64,000 bases of DNA from Schizochytrium sp. TIO01 (GCA_004764695.1 SMSO01000036.1:1116001-1180000), one strand, 5' to 3'. Positions 44,962 through 56,122 are shown, numbered from the stretch's first letter. Notes: generated by a model not told the origin, from the letters alone. Translations and numbers: made by a program.

Positions 44962-46596
44962 ATGGCATTTAGCCCGCCCTCAAGTCCTGCTCGCAGACTT
45001 GATTCGAACTACGAAGCCCGCTTAAAGAGCCCGGGGCATCAATTTAGGCCATCCCCAACAAGGCGTAAAAGTCTACTATCCTCGCCAGGAACCTCGGTGG
45101 CCACGGCTACACCTAAACGCGATCGCTCAGTTTACTCTGATAGGTTCATTCCAAGCAGATCAGGAACCCAGCTAGAGACAGGGTTTTCCCTACTTGGGGC
45201 TGACGAAAGTGGAGGTGGCGGGGCCAATTCTGTAAACAAGGCTGCCAATGGGGCGAATGGTAGCTCGGGTGGAAACCCTAGTACTGGAGAAGTTAAGGAA
45301 GGCTTTTCAACATACTCAATGCTTCTCCGTAGCGAATTACTAGGATTAGAGTCATCACCACAGCGGAAGGGTGCCTCGCCTAGCACAAATGTAGGTAATT
45401 CATCCTCGCCAGGCAATGGTTCCGATGCTAAAGACAGTCCTGAGCAGCGCGGAGCGTCTGGAGGCCGGGTTGCTCACTCATCACCAGGTCGAAACCTTTT
45501 CCGATTTAAGGCTCCACGCCAAACAGCCTTGGATTTGAAAAAGTCATTTTCTCTCTCACCAGGCATCGGCCCAAATTCGCCAGGTCTCATGTCATCACCA
45601 CGCAAAGCGAAGCGAAAGATCCCAAAGACCCCTTTTAAAGTTCTCGACGCCCCTGCTCTACAAGATGACTTTTATCTGAATTTGGTTGATTGGTCTTCGC
45701 AAAATGTTTTGGCTGTAGGCCTCGGTTCATGTGTATACCTGTGGAGCGCATGCACAAGTAAGGTAACCAAGTTGTGTGATCTTGGTCCCCAAGATTGCGT
45801 TACCTCAGTTTGTTGGACACAGCGTGGTCATCATCTTGCTATTGGAACTAATCTAGGCACCGTGGAGCTATGGGATGCAGCCAAATGTTCTAAGATTCGA
45901 ACCATGACAGGCCACAGTGCCCGTGTAGGATGTCTTAGTTGGACCTCAAACCAACTTGCTTCTGGTAGTCGTGATCGCCTTATCCTAATGCGCGACGTTC
46001 GGCAACCCAACAACTATATGAAAAGGTTGACTGGTCATAAGCAAGAAGTGTGCGGTCTTAAATGGTCGTTTGATGACCAGCAGCTAGCCTCTGGGGGCAA
46101 TGATAACAAATTGTTGATATGGAATCACCAAAGTACCTCGCCAGTACTCCGCTTTCATGAGCACACAGCCGCCGTAAAGGCCATCGCATGGAGTCCTCAT
46201 CAGAATGGACTCTTAGCGTCGGGAGGTGGTACTGCGGATAGATGCATCCGTTTCTGGAACACGCTCACAGGAAGTCCAATCAAATGCATTGACACGGGTA
46301 GTCAAGTCTGCAATCTTCTTTTTGCCAAAAACGTCAATGAACTTGTTTCTACACACGGTTACTCACTTAACCAAATTATTATTTGGCGAGTCCCACAAAT
46401 GACCAAAGTTGCTACACTTACTGGTCACCTTACACGAGTCCTCTACCTTGCCTGTAGCCCTGACGCCCAAACAATTGTTACTGGCGCTGGAGATGAAACA
46501 CTACGTTTCTGGAATGTTTTCCCTGCCCCAAAGAATAAGGATGGTTCTCGACTTGGAACAAGCCTTCTCTTTCCGTCGGGAGCAGATATTCGGTAA
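44962..46596 (+). CDS. FZR1: APC/C co-activator Cdh1 / Fizzy-related
   Basis: C-box DRFIPSR, RKIPKTPFKVLDAPALQDDFYLNLVDWS, WD40 repeats, many S/TP sites, C-terminal IR tail. Confidence 0.95.
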   Translation: MAFSPPSSPARRLDSNYEARLKSPGHQFRPSPTRRKSLLSSPGTSVATATPKRDRSVYSDRFIPSRSGTQLETGFSLLGADESGGGGANSVNKAANGANGSSGGNPSTGEVKEGFSTYSMLLRSELLGLESSPQRKGASPSTNVGNSSSPGNGSDAKDSPEQRGASGGRVAHSSPGRNLFRFKAPRQTALDLKKSFSLSPGIGPNSPGLMSSPRKAKRKIPKTPFKVLDAPALQDDFYLNLVDWSSQNVLAVGLGSCVYLWSACTSKVTKLCDLGPQDCVTSVCWTQRGHHLAIGTNLGTVELWDAAKCSKIRTMTGHSARVGCLSWTSNQLASGSRDRLILMRDVRQPNNYMKRLTGHKQEVCGLKWSFDDQQLASGGNDNKLLIWNHQSTSPVLRFHEHTAAVKAIAWSPHQNGLLASGGGTADRCIRFWNTLTGSPIKCIDTGSQVCNLLFAKNVNELVSTHGYSLNQIIIWRVPQMTKVATLTGHLTRVLYLACSPDAQTIVTGAGDETLRFWNVFPAPKNKDGSRLGTSLLFPSGADIR

Positions 46597-47344
46597 ACCA
46601 ATGAATCATTACTGCAGCCAACCATGTATGACTCCTGAACAAACGTATGTACCCGTCACTAGATCTATCGCTCGCCTTTCTGGATTTAGCTCGCGTGTAG
46701 CCTGCATGCTCCCATCACTCTGATCCCAAAGATAGATAAGACAGATCGCGTCTATAACATTCTTCTCTACAATAGCAAAGCTATATTGAACTTTCTTTTT
46801 ATTCCGTAAATAGCAAATGTTAATTTCAATTGTTTTGGGTTCCAAATTAGCAAGTATGGAGACAGGAAGAGAATAAATATAGATTATAATCAAAGAGCAT
46901 ATGTGAAGAGCACCCCTCTTTGCTTGCAAATGTTGAGAGATATTCAGATAAAATTAAACTATTGAAGGCCCTCGTGCTCATACTTATGAGGAAGTTTTAG
47001 AACAGCAAATTGTCTGCACCCAAATTGTGCATCGTAATATGGATTGCTCTTTTGATTTTCCCCGCTGCTGATGATGAACTATTGTACATCGATAATAAAT
47101 CATGCATATTATATACATCCATTGATATTATATATTAAAGCCCAAGACTTGCATATAAGCATGCATACCGCGCATAAAGTGTGTAAATTTACAGCTTTCA
47201 AACTGCTATTGAGTAGTATGTAAAGTAGCAATTATTGTTATGGATGAGATTAGTTATGGTATTCTAAGTCGTGTTGAAATCGAATTTCAATAGTCTTGCG
47301 GGTTATCAAATGGTAAAACAAGCGTTGCACATAAGATAAGGGTT

Positions 47345-48509
47345 CTAGGAGATGATGCACGCCTTCTTTTTCTTTCCTTTGGTACGTTGCTTCGAAGGAA
47401 CGAGCTGCAAAGGTTGAATGTTACACAATTAGACATATCCAACACATACAGTCAGTACTCAGATACAACACAACGTGCGATCGAATTAAAACATCCAGTT
47501 CTCTATGATATACTATCTATGAGACCAGCAACATTGACTTCTCTCCACACCACACCTATATAAAAATAAACTTACGGACTTTGTTGGGGCAGAAGAAGTT
47601 ACCGCATGGTTGCTTGCAGCTGGACTAACTAGATTTGGGCCATTCAGGGACTGTGTAGATTCGTTTTGATTAGAATTCAAAGCAACAGGTTCACCTGCCT
47701 CCTCGTTTTCTTTCTCCTTTACAGGTACGCTGTCAAACTTTGTATGTTCAGAGGCCTGACTTGAGTGTCCAAGCTCTTCGCGAACTCGCTCGAAAGATGA
47801 ATCATCGTTGATACTTGGGTCAATATCGCTGATATCAACAAGAGTAGCAGCTGCCCCAACACATTTGCTGGCAACGTAGAGAAAGATCTCGTCGACAAGC
47901 TCAGCATCCTTACACGTGACACGGTACAAACGTGCATGCATGTCGCGAGCCATATCTCTAGCCTCAAGATCTGAAACAACTGTCTCTTCCTTGGACACAT
48001 CTATCTTATTTTGGACAACCACTATGCGCGTCATAGGACCAGATTCCTTGCGTACCTTTGCGATAAGCTCTGGCACACGATCAAAAGAATCTCGATTATC
48101 TACAGCAAAAACAATAACTGCAGCGCTGGCACCTTTGAAATACTTCACACTCATTTGCGCATCCACATGTTCACCTCCAATCTCCCACATCATAAGGTTG
48201 ACATCTTCACATGCCTCTTCTAAGTAGATATTTTTCTCCTTGAATTCGGCACCAATAGTCTTTTTGTACTGCATTGGGAATTCATTCCTGCTGTACATCG
48301 TGGCCAGACTAGTTTTGCCAACATTGCTAGCACCGAGAACCAACACTTTGAGGGACGCTGTAAATACGAAAAGTATATATTCGAAAAGTATATATTGTTT
48401 TAGCCATGTCAGTTCTCAGCGAACGTGTTTCGGTGATAACCATTCTCTTCAATCGCTTTTTTACGCACGCTCAACATCATAACTTACACTCCAAGTCTCC
48501 AAGATCCAT
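47345..48509 (-). CDS. RAB23: Rab23-like small GTPase, 3 exons (48509-48488, 48357-47576, 47404-47345), C-terminal CaaX CIIS
   Basis: Two GTAAGT...CAG introns (130 and 171 nt) give MDLGDLESSLKVLVLGASNVGKTS, YKKTIG, VQNKID and the tail LVPSKQRTKGKKKKACIIS*, resembling the Rab23 KQRTK tail. G3 motif is degenerate (WEIGGE). Confidence 0.78.
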
Positions 48510-49145
48510 CTTGTTGTTAGGCACCAAACTAGAATTTTATATGCTTTCCAGTTTTGAGGGTTTTCAAGGCCCTTAACCCCTTCGTATCGATAGGCCTCTT
48601 GCTTTTGGGGTCCCGATACTTGAGACTGGAGTTTATGGGTTCTTCCCTCCCTTCAATGCCCGCCTGCTTCTCACAACACAAGTCCACAAGGGAGTTCCTA
48701 CTCCCGGTGAGCCTCTTTGGTCTCTATGCCTTGTGCTCGACCTTCTTTCATAGCACTGCCTTTGCGGAGGAGATCGAGACCCAAGCATCTGGCATAACAT
48801 CTATTATATCGTACTTGGCATGAATAGAGAAAATTGTTTCCGTTAATAGTTAAATATGTAATTATTATATATAAATATATTATTAGTTTGATGGCTCATT
48901 ATTAAAGAACTTTCTGTGCTCAACGGTCACTTGGCACCTATTGAAGAACGCGGTACGAAGAGCACTGGCACAATCAAAACAACTTGTAGGAGAAGTGAAG
49001 AATTCGCCTCGTCCAAGTTTATCAGTCTTATAGCTCTGCAAATCACAAAGAGTGGCATATTTAACAAATTTGGGGAACGCTCCACCATTTTGGCGTTGGG
49101 TGGAGGCGAGGAGCTTAGCTGCTTTTGAAGCTTCAATAAGACAAG

Positions 49146-49901
49146 ATGGAGTCGAAGTACTCGGAGTCAACCAGGCGTTTGTCCAGTGGCGTTGCAGGCG
49201 GAGCAAAGTCTGGTGCGAAGTTGAGGAAGGAAGGAGCTAAATGTAAAGCCTCAGCAGCAATTCCTCGTGAACCCATCGCCACTAGCACCAATGCTGTCAC
49301 TGCAAATGTTAATTCCCGAGAAGAGGCCCAGCAGCGTCCTGCAAGAATAGAGACCGAGGATGAAGAAGAGGAACGTCTTGCAAATGCGGAATGGGAATCG
49401 CTACGGCGAAAGAGGAACCAAGGTGAGATCAGAGTGTCTTCGAATCCAGCAGCACAGAGGATTTTACAAGGATTTCGGATTAATCACATGCGTATGCGCG
49501 ACGCAGAAACCGGGAGACTGATGTGGGTCTCAGGAGACTGGGGTGATGACATGTTTGAGAAGGAAAAGGAGGCACATGTTCCAGCTAGTATTCTCTCGTG
49601 CCGTGCTGTAGCTCGAGAGATCAATTTTACGAGTGAGGAGGAAATGAATAAGTTCCGACTCGAGCAGAGGGTATACTTTCAAGGTGTATGCATGGAAGAG
49701 TGGTTCTTCCGATTTGGTTTTGTGATTCCTGGCTCAACAAACAACTGGGAGCAGACAATTTACGCAGCTGAAAAGTCTGCGATGATGCCTGCCTCTCTCA
49801 TTTCCGGTCAGATAACTATCGAGACAAGTTTTTATGACGATGATTTATTTGTATCCAAGAGTCTTGTGAGAGTCTTCTACGACGGCGAGGAGGCAACCTA
49901 A
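49146..49901 (+). CDS. PDE6D: Prenyl-binding protein PDE delta with a charged N-terminal extension
   Basis: ILQGFRINHMRMRDAETGRLMW, VPASILSCRAVAREINF, FRLEQRV, EEWFFRFGFVIPGSTNNW, IETSFYDDDLFVSKS...VRVFY. Confidence 0.93.
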   Translation: MESKYSESTRRLSSGVAGGAKSGAKLRKEGAKCKASAAIPREPIATSTNAVTANVNSREEAQQRPARIETEDEEEERLANAEWESLRRKRNQGEIRVSSNPAAQRILQGFRINHMRMRDAETGRLMWVSGDWGDDMFEKEKEAHVPASILSCRAVAREINFTSEEEMNKFRLEQRVYFQGVCMEEWFFRFGFVIPGSTNNWEQTIYAAEKSAMMPASLISGQITIETSFYDDDLFVSKSLVRVFYDGEEAT

Positions 49902-50305
49902 ACCATACCAAACACCCCCCTTAATCCTTGGAGTCACTTTCTCACTTTTATTCATATATTCGCAAAACTAAGCAACAATTTTAGAATTCGGAGTAGCCTT
50001 TTTATGCGCAAAAAATGGGTTTTGAACTTGTTTTTGTTTTTTAACAGATCCTTCTGTTTGCCTTCAGAATATTTCAAAATTAGAAAATTAAATCGCTCTT
50101 TGATTCCAAAACAATACATTATCAATGCTAATAATGATGTATCTGAAGGAAAACATTCTAATTAATATGTTAACATTAGTTTTTCTTTCTACTTAAATGT
50201 GTATACCCAATGCGAGCTAGATTCCAATATTCGTTTACGAAGAGAAGATATATTGTATGCGCAAGTGTCCAGTACATCATATCATAATTAGCACACAGAG
50301 CTTCC

Positions 50306-52354
50306 TCAGCTTTGACTTAGAAGAGCCCACCTTTGATCTCGAAGTTCTAATTTGGCTTTCTCTGATAGAGTATTATCTGTCAGCATAACCTGAAAATTAG
50401 ATTTTGACGGATATGTATGTCGAACACCTTCTCGAAGGGCGAGTATCCCTGTGTCTTGGATTAGGTTGTCACGTAAATCCAGCGTCTGTAACAAAGGGAG
50501 ATAGTGTAAGGCAATAGCAATAAGTGCCGCGCCACGACATTGTATATGCTGGCCCTTGAGGTATATTTTCTGAAGCAACAACGGTTTTTTAGCAGCAATT
50601 ATCCCACGGCAAAGAGCAGCACAACCTTGTGAGCCCATACGCGGAGATGCAGAAGACAGGTTGAGCTCTTGGAGCAGACTATTGCTCTGTGCCAAGGCTG
50701 ATGCAAATGCGGCTGACACAAATGCATCAATTCCATTTCTAGACAAGTTTAGAATTCTGAGACTCGAACAATGCAGAATTACCTGACTTAGCCTTGCAGT
50801 AGCTGCACATGGCAAATGATTCCGCGAAACATCCAAGCACTGAAGAGTTTTACAGGCTTTGAGGACATCGATCGAACACAAATGCTCAACTGATTTTTTG
50901 GTTAATTTGCAACACGCTAAGCGAAGTGTCTCGAGAACTGGCGCTTTCCCTGTCATCAGACTTGTGCAAAGCATTGTAACAGCAGTATCCTCGAGGTGAT
51001 TTCCACTCAGATCAAGTTGTATTAGGCGCTGTCGCGTTTCTCCAAACAAAGCATCAATCGATGGACTAATTAAAGTGCTACCCGAACTCCCTATATCAAA
51101 GTAAACAAAATCAGGACAAATTTCTGATGCAGTGGACGGAGCAAACAGCTGTATAGTTATAGAGTTCATATTGCAAGATGTCAAACCTCTTAATGAAAGG
51201 CTATGTAATTTGATTCCAGCACAAGTTCGCGTCCTAATGGTGCGAACAAGATTTGCAAGTGATGCATCTTCAAGACGTTCATTGCGATCTAGACAAAGTT
51301 CCGTCACACATACGTTTGTTGCGCTCAGTGCCTCTGCAAGCTTGCAAATTCCCAAATCTCCTAATGGGTTGTCACTTAGGTCGAGTTTTGAAATTCCAAG
51401 AGATGCAAAGTTACTATGTGTGGCAGCAAACTTGCACAAGGCTTGGATACCAATACTTCCAACGTTTACATTTGCAAGCTTGAGAAGGAGTTGTTGATTT
51501 TTATTTGAAACCTGTGGAACACGAAGTTGGCGAGGTGATTGCCTGGTTCTCCCTGCAACACGAAGACTAGGCGGTTGCGGTGTCTTCTTGTGTAGCTTCT
51601 GGAGATGTGATGGCGCTAAGACTGGAAGGAGCTTTAAGAGATCCTGTCCAGTTAAATTGCTCATAGCAAGATCAACGCACTGTGCCTGGCGAGCTGCCAT
51701 GAGTATATCCAGAAGCTCTTCTGCAGGACGTCCTATCTGACGAAGTGTAATCGAAGACACTCTTGGAAGATAATATTGCACAAAGGGAGTCCAACGTATA
51801 TCACTTGTGAGTTCTTTTTGAAGACGAGAAGTGATTAAATCTTCGCGCTTAACACCACTTTTTAGCCATGCCCTTTCGAAAGACTCACGTTTCGTGCCAG
51901 GATCCCATAAATCATCCCCACGATTTAGGAATTCCTCGGCGTAAAGCAGTTGTGAAGAAGGGGTGTATTTTAAAATAGACCTCTCGAGGCGCGCCCCAAT
52001 CATGACATAGTCTTGAATAAGGTGCAGCTGTGCTGCCAGAATTTGTGTACAATAATGAAGCAAGGGATCAAGCAATAAGAAATCTGCGGCTTGAGCAAGA
52101 CATTGAAGAGTAGAAATTGACAGACCTTTGGAAAGCTCGTCAAAGCATAACCACTGTTCTAAGGCACGCAAAACCTTGCTGCTCTCTACGATTTGAAGCG
52201 TTATGTTTCGCTCTGTGGCTTCGCGCATGCCACTATTTAGCATAGCTCGTAAGACAGGACTCTTCTCCACATCCTCTCGTTGTACGTGCGCAACATAGTC
52301 CAACGAGCTATTCTTCAGTGTAATCTCATAACCTGCAGAGATATCTTGAGTCAT
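50306..52354 (-). CDS. BTB/POZ + RNI-like leucine-rich-repeat protein
   Basis: KSPVLRAMLNSGMREA and LAQAADFLLLDPL (BTB), followed by LDLSDNPLGD-type LRRs. First ATG is 52354. Confidence 0.85.
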   Translation of the reverse strand: MTQDISAGYEITLKNSSLDYVAHVQREDVEKSPVLRAMLNSGMREATERNITLQIVESSKVLRALEQWLCFDELSKGLSISTLQCLAQAADFLLLDPLLHYCTQILAAQLHLIQDYVMIGARLERSILKYTPSSQLLYAEEFLNRGDDLWDPGTKRESFERAWLKSGVKREDLITSRLQKELTSDIRWTPFVQYYLPRVSSITLRQIGRPAEELLDILMAARQAQCVDLAMSNLTGQDLLKLLPVLAPSHLQKLHKKTPQPPSLRVAGRTRQSPRQLRVPQVSNKNQQLLLKLANVNVGSIGIQALCKFAATHSNFASLGISKLDLSDNPLGDLGICKLAEALSATNVCVTELCLDRNERLEDASLANLVRTIRTRTCAGIKLHSLSLRGLTSCNMNSITIQLFAPSTASEICPDFVYFDIGSSGSTLISPSIDALFGETRQRLIQLDLSGNHLEDTAVTMLCTSLMTGKAPVLETLRLACCKLTKKSVEHLCSIDVLKACKTLQCLDVSRNHLPCAATARLSQVILHCSSLRILNLSRNGIDAFVSAAFASALAQSNSLLQELNLSSASPRMGSQGCAALCRGIIAAKKPLLLQKIYLKGQHIQCRGAALIAIALHYLPLLQTLDLRDNLIQDTGILALREGVRHTYPSKSNFQVMLTDNTLSEKAKLELRDQRWALLSQS

Positions 52355-52955
52355 CGATATATGTAATCTGTGGAGTACATTTCTGGCGAAATAAAATGAC
52401 GTCAAAGATTGATTCTTCTTGAGAGCGAAACTTATTATGCACACCTAGGGGAATATGTTCTAGAATATATATCCGTTAAACCGTAGTGCCTAGCAAATTA
52501 TAAATGACAGGAATAATAACAACAATACTACTACTATATATATACATAATAAGAATTATTGTTATTATTAATACAAAATTGCGTGCATGTAAATGATGTC
52601 CGATGAGTCTTCCTTGTAACAAGTTTGAACATGAGTTCTTTGGACTGAATGTAGCTAAACGAGCGTATTTCAGATTATTAAAAAAAATATTGGCGAAAAA
52701 ATGGTGGAATTATAATGTTTGCCTAACACCCGTTAAGGGTAATGATTTTTGTCGTCTCAGGGGGGCAACAGAGGGAATAACAAAAGCTTACTTTTGTAGA
52801 CGTTCATTGAGGTGCTTAGGGCAAACGCTAAAATCATTGTGCGAGTACTACATTTTCTTCTTGAAAGACAGCAAGGATGCAAAAGAGCGTCAGATCGGGA
52901 GAACTTTGCACATAGAACGCTCTCTTCGCAGGGAAAAGCAAAACACGAATTGGCT

Positions 52956-54500
52956 ATGAGTCCTCAAAGATTGTGGCTTTTGATATTGAGTCTACTTCTT
53001 ACAAACTCCCAGCAAACTCGTGCAGCTCTTACATTTGTCTCTCCTCCACAATATGCCGGCTTGTCCTCAGGCTTAACGCCCTTGGAGTCATCATTTTTTG
53101 GAGATCAAGACTTTTGGGCAGTACCTGGAGTAGATATCGATGGAGATGGGATGCAAATCAACAATGTCCCGGTATACTTCTTTGGAGACTCTTACCGTGC
53201 GCAGTATTGTGGTACATTAGTCGACGAGGATGGGAAAATGTTGAATGGCGAGGCTCTCCAGGCCGCCTACAACCAAAGTGAGTTTCTTGGTGGAGTGGTT
53301 GTTGTCAATGTAGGAGATGAAATGTGCCTAAGAGCTCAGCAAACGTCATCTTCGTATTCGAATGGTCTTGATGACTGGTGTCTGACGTTTCCGTTAGCAT
53401 CAGCATTTGTCTTCATTCGAAGCGAAGGAGTTAAAGAAGGTCTTTTCATGTATGAATTGGATTATCGCACATCTCTTGAAGATCTTGAGGGTTGTATATT
53501 CCTTGAAATTAGTTACGATAGCGCCTTGCCACTTACGGAAGCTCTGGAGGCTGCTGATAGTGCTGATTTGCAGATCATGGGAGACATCAACATTGATACA
53601 AGTGACTGTAGAGCACTCTTTGATGAGTTTTTCTTACAACTTTTTCTCGGATACGGTCTTTCATTCTCGTTTCTCTTTGTGGCTTGTTCTGCTGGGTGTA
53701 AAATCAAGCAGTCATGTAGAAATACGCGCGCTTTGGCAGTATTTGTTGGTAACTCTATAACTTGCCTTATTCTTGCACTTGCCTTATTTGCCGGCCGGTG
53801 GATGACACAGCCAGGGATAGCTCAGAGTGTGAATATAATTGTTGCGACAGCTTTCCTTGGCACTACAGCAGGTACCGACGCACTTTTAGCAGCGCATTGG
53901 AGTGATTTTAAGCTATTCCTTAAGCAGGGTTATGGAGATACAGATGGTAAAAAATTGCCATCTTCTAGAACCTCCCGACTGTTGACTTACTTTGGGATTG
54001 TGATTATTTGTTTGGACTGGATAGTGTCAGGGCTTCTAACTCAGCTTACTGTCAAAGTTCAGCAACAATTTCTAATGGGAATTTCGATTGTATTTATGTC
54101 TTTGCAATTTCTTGCAAATGGGTATCTTATGCAGCAGCTGATATCTGGAATGAAATCGCTACACCAAACTATAGCAGTATATCCAGACTTAGGCACACTT
54201 AGACGAATGAAATTACTTCGAAAAGTAGCAGTGTTAGTGACTATTTCGATTATTTCGTCACTTGCAAGTATCACATGTCTTTGCTTGGTCGGCTTGACAA
54301 ACCTTTACCTTGGAACGTGCAGCGGATATATTGTCCTCTCAAGCATCTTGCTTCTTTCTAAATTGCTAAACGCACATACACAGAACTCGATTATTCTATT
54401 ATCCTCTACAAAGCAGGAGCAGTATTCAATGACTCAGCGTTCACTGATCTCCAGCTCCAATGTATCGCCATCACCTTCGGAAGTGAGTGTTGCTGGCTAA
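52956..54500 (+). CDS. Orphan 7TM (GPCR-like) membrane protein with signal peptide and extracellular N-terminal domain
   Basis: MSPQRLWLLILSLLL signal peptide from ATG 52956, an acidic ectodomain of about 200 aa, seven hydrophobic segments, Ser-rich tail. Confidence 0.7.
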   Translation: MSPQRLWLLILSLLLTNSQQTRAALTFVSPPQYAGLSSGLTPLESSFFGDQDFWAVPGVDIDGDGMQINNVPVYFFGDSYRAQYCGTLVDEDGKMLNGEALQAAYNQSEFLGGVVVVNVGDEMCLRAQQTSSSYSNGLDDWCLTFPLASAFVFIRSEGVKEGLFMYELDYRTSLEDLEGCIFLEISYDSALPLTEALEAADSADLQIMGDINIDTSDCRALFDEFFLQLFLGYGLSFSFLFVACSAGCKIKQSCRNTRALAVFVGNSITCLILALALFAGRWMTQPGIAQSVNIIVATAFLGTTAGTDALLAAHWSDFKLFLKQGYGDTDGKKLPSSRTSRLLTYFGIVIICLDWIVSGLLTQLTVKVQQQFLMGISIVFMSLQFLANGYLMQQLISGMKSLHQTIAVYPDLGTLRRMKLLRKVAVLVTISIISSLASITCLCLVGLTNLYLGTCSGYIVLSSILLLSKLLNAHTQNSIILLSSTKQEQYSMTQRSLISSSNVSPSPSEVSVAG

Positions 54501-54925
54501 TGAAGATTATGTTCACAATGACACACCATGTGAAACAATACGAAAATTGGTGAAAAGCAAAGTTTTGAAAAACTGCTATACATCTTACATACTTTGTCTG
54601 GTGCTGGAAGCCAAAACTAAAATATATGCCCACTCAAATCTGACGATCAACAATCAAACATGAACAGCCATTTGAAATATATGCATTTACGGAATCTGTT
54701 AAAAAAACAACAAAAAAAAATTGAAAACAATCTAAGCAAATAAGATACTACCTACTATGTCCAAATAATTTTCAACCCAAACTCTCAGTACTATGTCAGA
54801 GCTCATCAGTTTAAAGTTCTTTTTGGTCATACGAGCTAAATCTAAATATCCAAGCTACCATTTGTCACAATAGTATAGATAAATCTTTTGGATTTGGAAG
54901 TTTTAACACCAAAGCTTAATTCCTA

Positions 54926-54999
54926 GCTTGTATAGCTCAGCTGGTTAGAGCGTGGAGCTAATAACTCCAAGGTCCTGGGTTCGATCCCCAGTGCGAGTA
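54926..54999 (+). tRNA. tRNA-Ile(AAT) copy 1
   Basis: Cloverleaf: GCTTGTA/TGCGAGT acceptor, GCTC/GAGC D stem, TGGAG-CTAATAA-CTCCA anticodon arm, CTGGG-TTCGATC-CCCAG T arm, discriminator A; oligo-T downstream. Confidence 0.95.
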
Positions 55000-55009
55000 A
55001 AAGCCTTCA

Positions 55010-55015
55010 TTTTTT
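55010..55015 (+). terminator. Pol III oligo-T terminator (example; each tRNA copy has a T-run within about 15 nt of its 3' end)
   Basis: T6 run 11 nt after tRNA copy 1. Confidence 0.75.
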
Positions 55016-55101
55016 GCGAATGGAGGTTGCTTTTTGTTTCTGTTGTCTGTCGTTGGTAAAACAAAACTAGGTTTGGACATACGGAAAATATCTGATTACC
55101 T

Positions 55102-55175
55102 GCTTGTATAGCTCAGCTGGTTAGAGCGTGGAGCTAATAACTCCAAGGTCCTGGGTTCGATCCCCAGTGCGAGTA
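55102..55175 (+). tRNA. tRNA-Ile(AAT) copy 2
   Basis: Identical 74-nt sequence to copy 1. Confidence 0.95.
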
Positions 55176-55644
55176 TTTCCTTTTTGATGTTTGACTTTAT
55201 GCTGAGCTATATCGTCCGAGTCTAGTTTAAGCCTCTTTCGGTACTCTTGTTTTTGATGTGGTAAACAGTTTAACTTCAGCATTTGCCCTCCGCGAGGAAT
55301 AATTTCTCAATGTATTTTTTTTTTTTCACCTTCAATTTTAATTAATTCAGATTCTACCTACTAATGAAAAGAATATCTGGCTCTGAGGAAATCTATTGAA
55401 AATTCAATTCCGTGAAATAATAAAACCAAAACAAACTATACCCATTAACTTTTTTTACTTTTGGATGACTCGAACTGCCTGTAGAACTTGGAATAAAATT
55501 ATTTTCTATCATATTGGAGATTACGCTTTAATACGAGTATTTACCTTAGGAATTACGAATCTCTGATTTGTGAAAAAGAAAATTCACAAATACCATTACT
55601 TCATATATATATTACACGAAATAAACCTGTGTCATCTCATCCTA

Positions 55645-55718
55645 GCTTGTATAGCTCAGCTGGTTAGAGCGTGGAGCTAATAACTCCAAGGTCCTGGGTT
55701 CGATCCCCAGTGCGAGTA
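55645..55718 (+). tRNA. tRNA-Ile(AAT) copy 3
   Basis: Identical 74-nt sequence. Confidence 0.95.
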
Positions 55719-55809
55719 TAAATTTACTTTTTCTTGTTTCTGATTTTTATTCTTTGTATACCCAGTCATTAAAAATGACCTTCCCAAGTTGGTTTCATAA
55801 CTCAATCTT

Positions 55810-55883
55810 GCTTGTATAGCTCAGCTGGTTAGAGCGTGGAGCTAATAACTCCAAGGTCCTGGGTTCGATCCCCAGTGCGAGTA
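55810..55883 (+). tRNA. tRNA-Ile(AAT) copy 4
   Basis: Identical 74-nt sequence. Confidence 0.95.
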
Positions 55884-56122
55884 ATGATTTTTTGTTTTTT
55901 TTCTTCTTGCTTTCTTTTTCATTTTCAATCTGAGAACACCAATTTTAAATATCTGTGTAGAGATATTTTTATTCTTTCATTAGAATAATGCAGATGTGTC
56001 TGAATTGTGCAATTTATTTTGACTTGAGTTTTTACCAAAGCTTTTTTTCAGATCGCAGGACGCAAATTGCTTTTATGAATCTTTATATAGTTCAAAGGAA
56101 AAGTTAGTCTTAACTCATTCTA

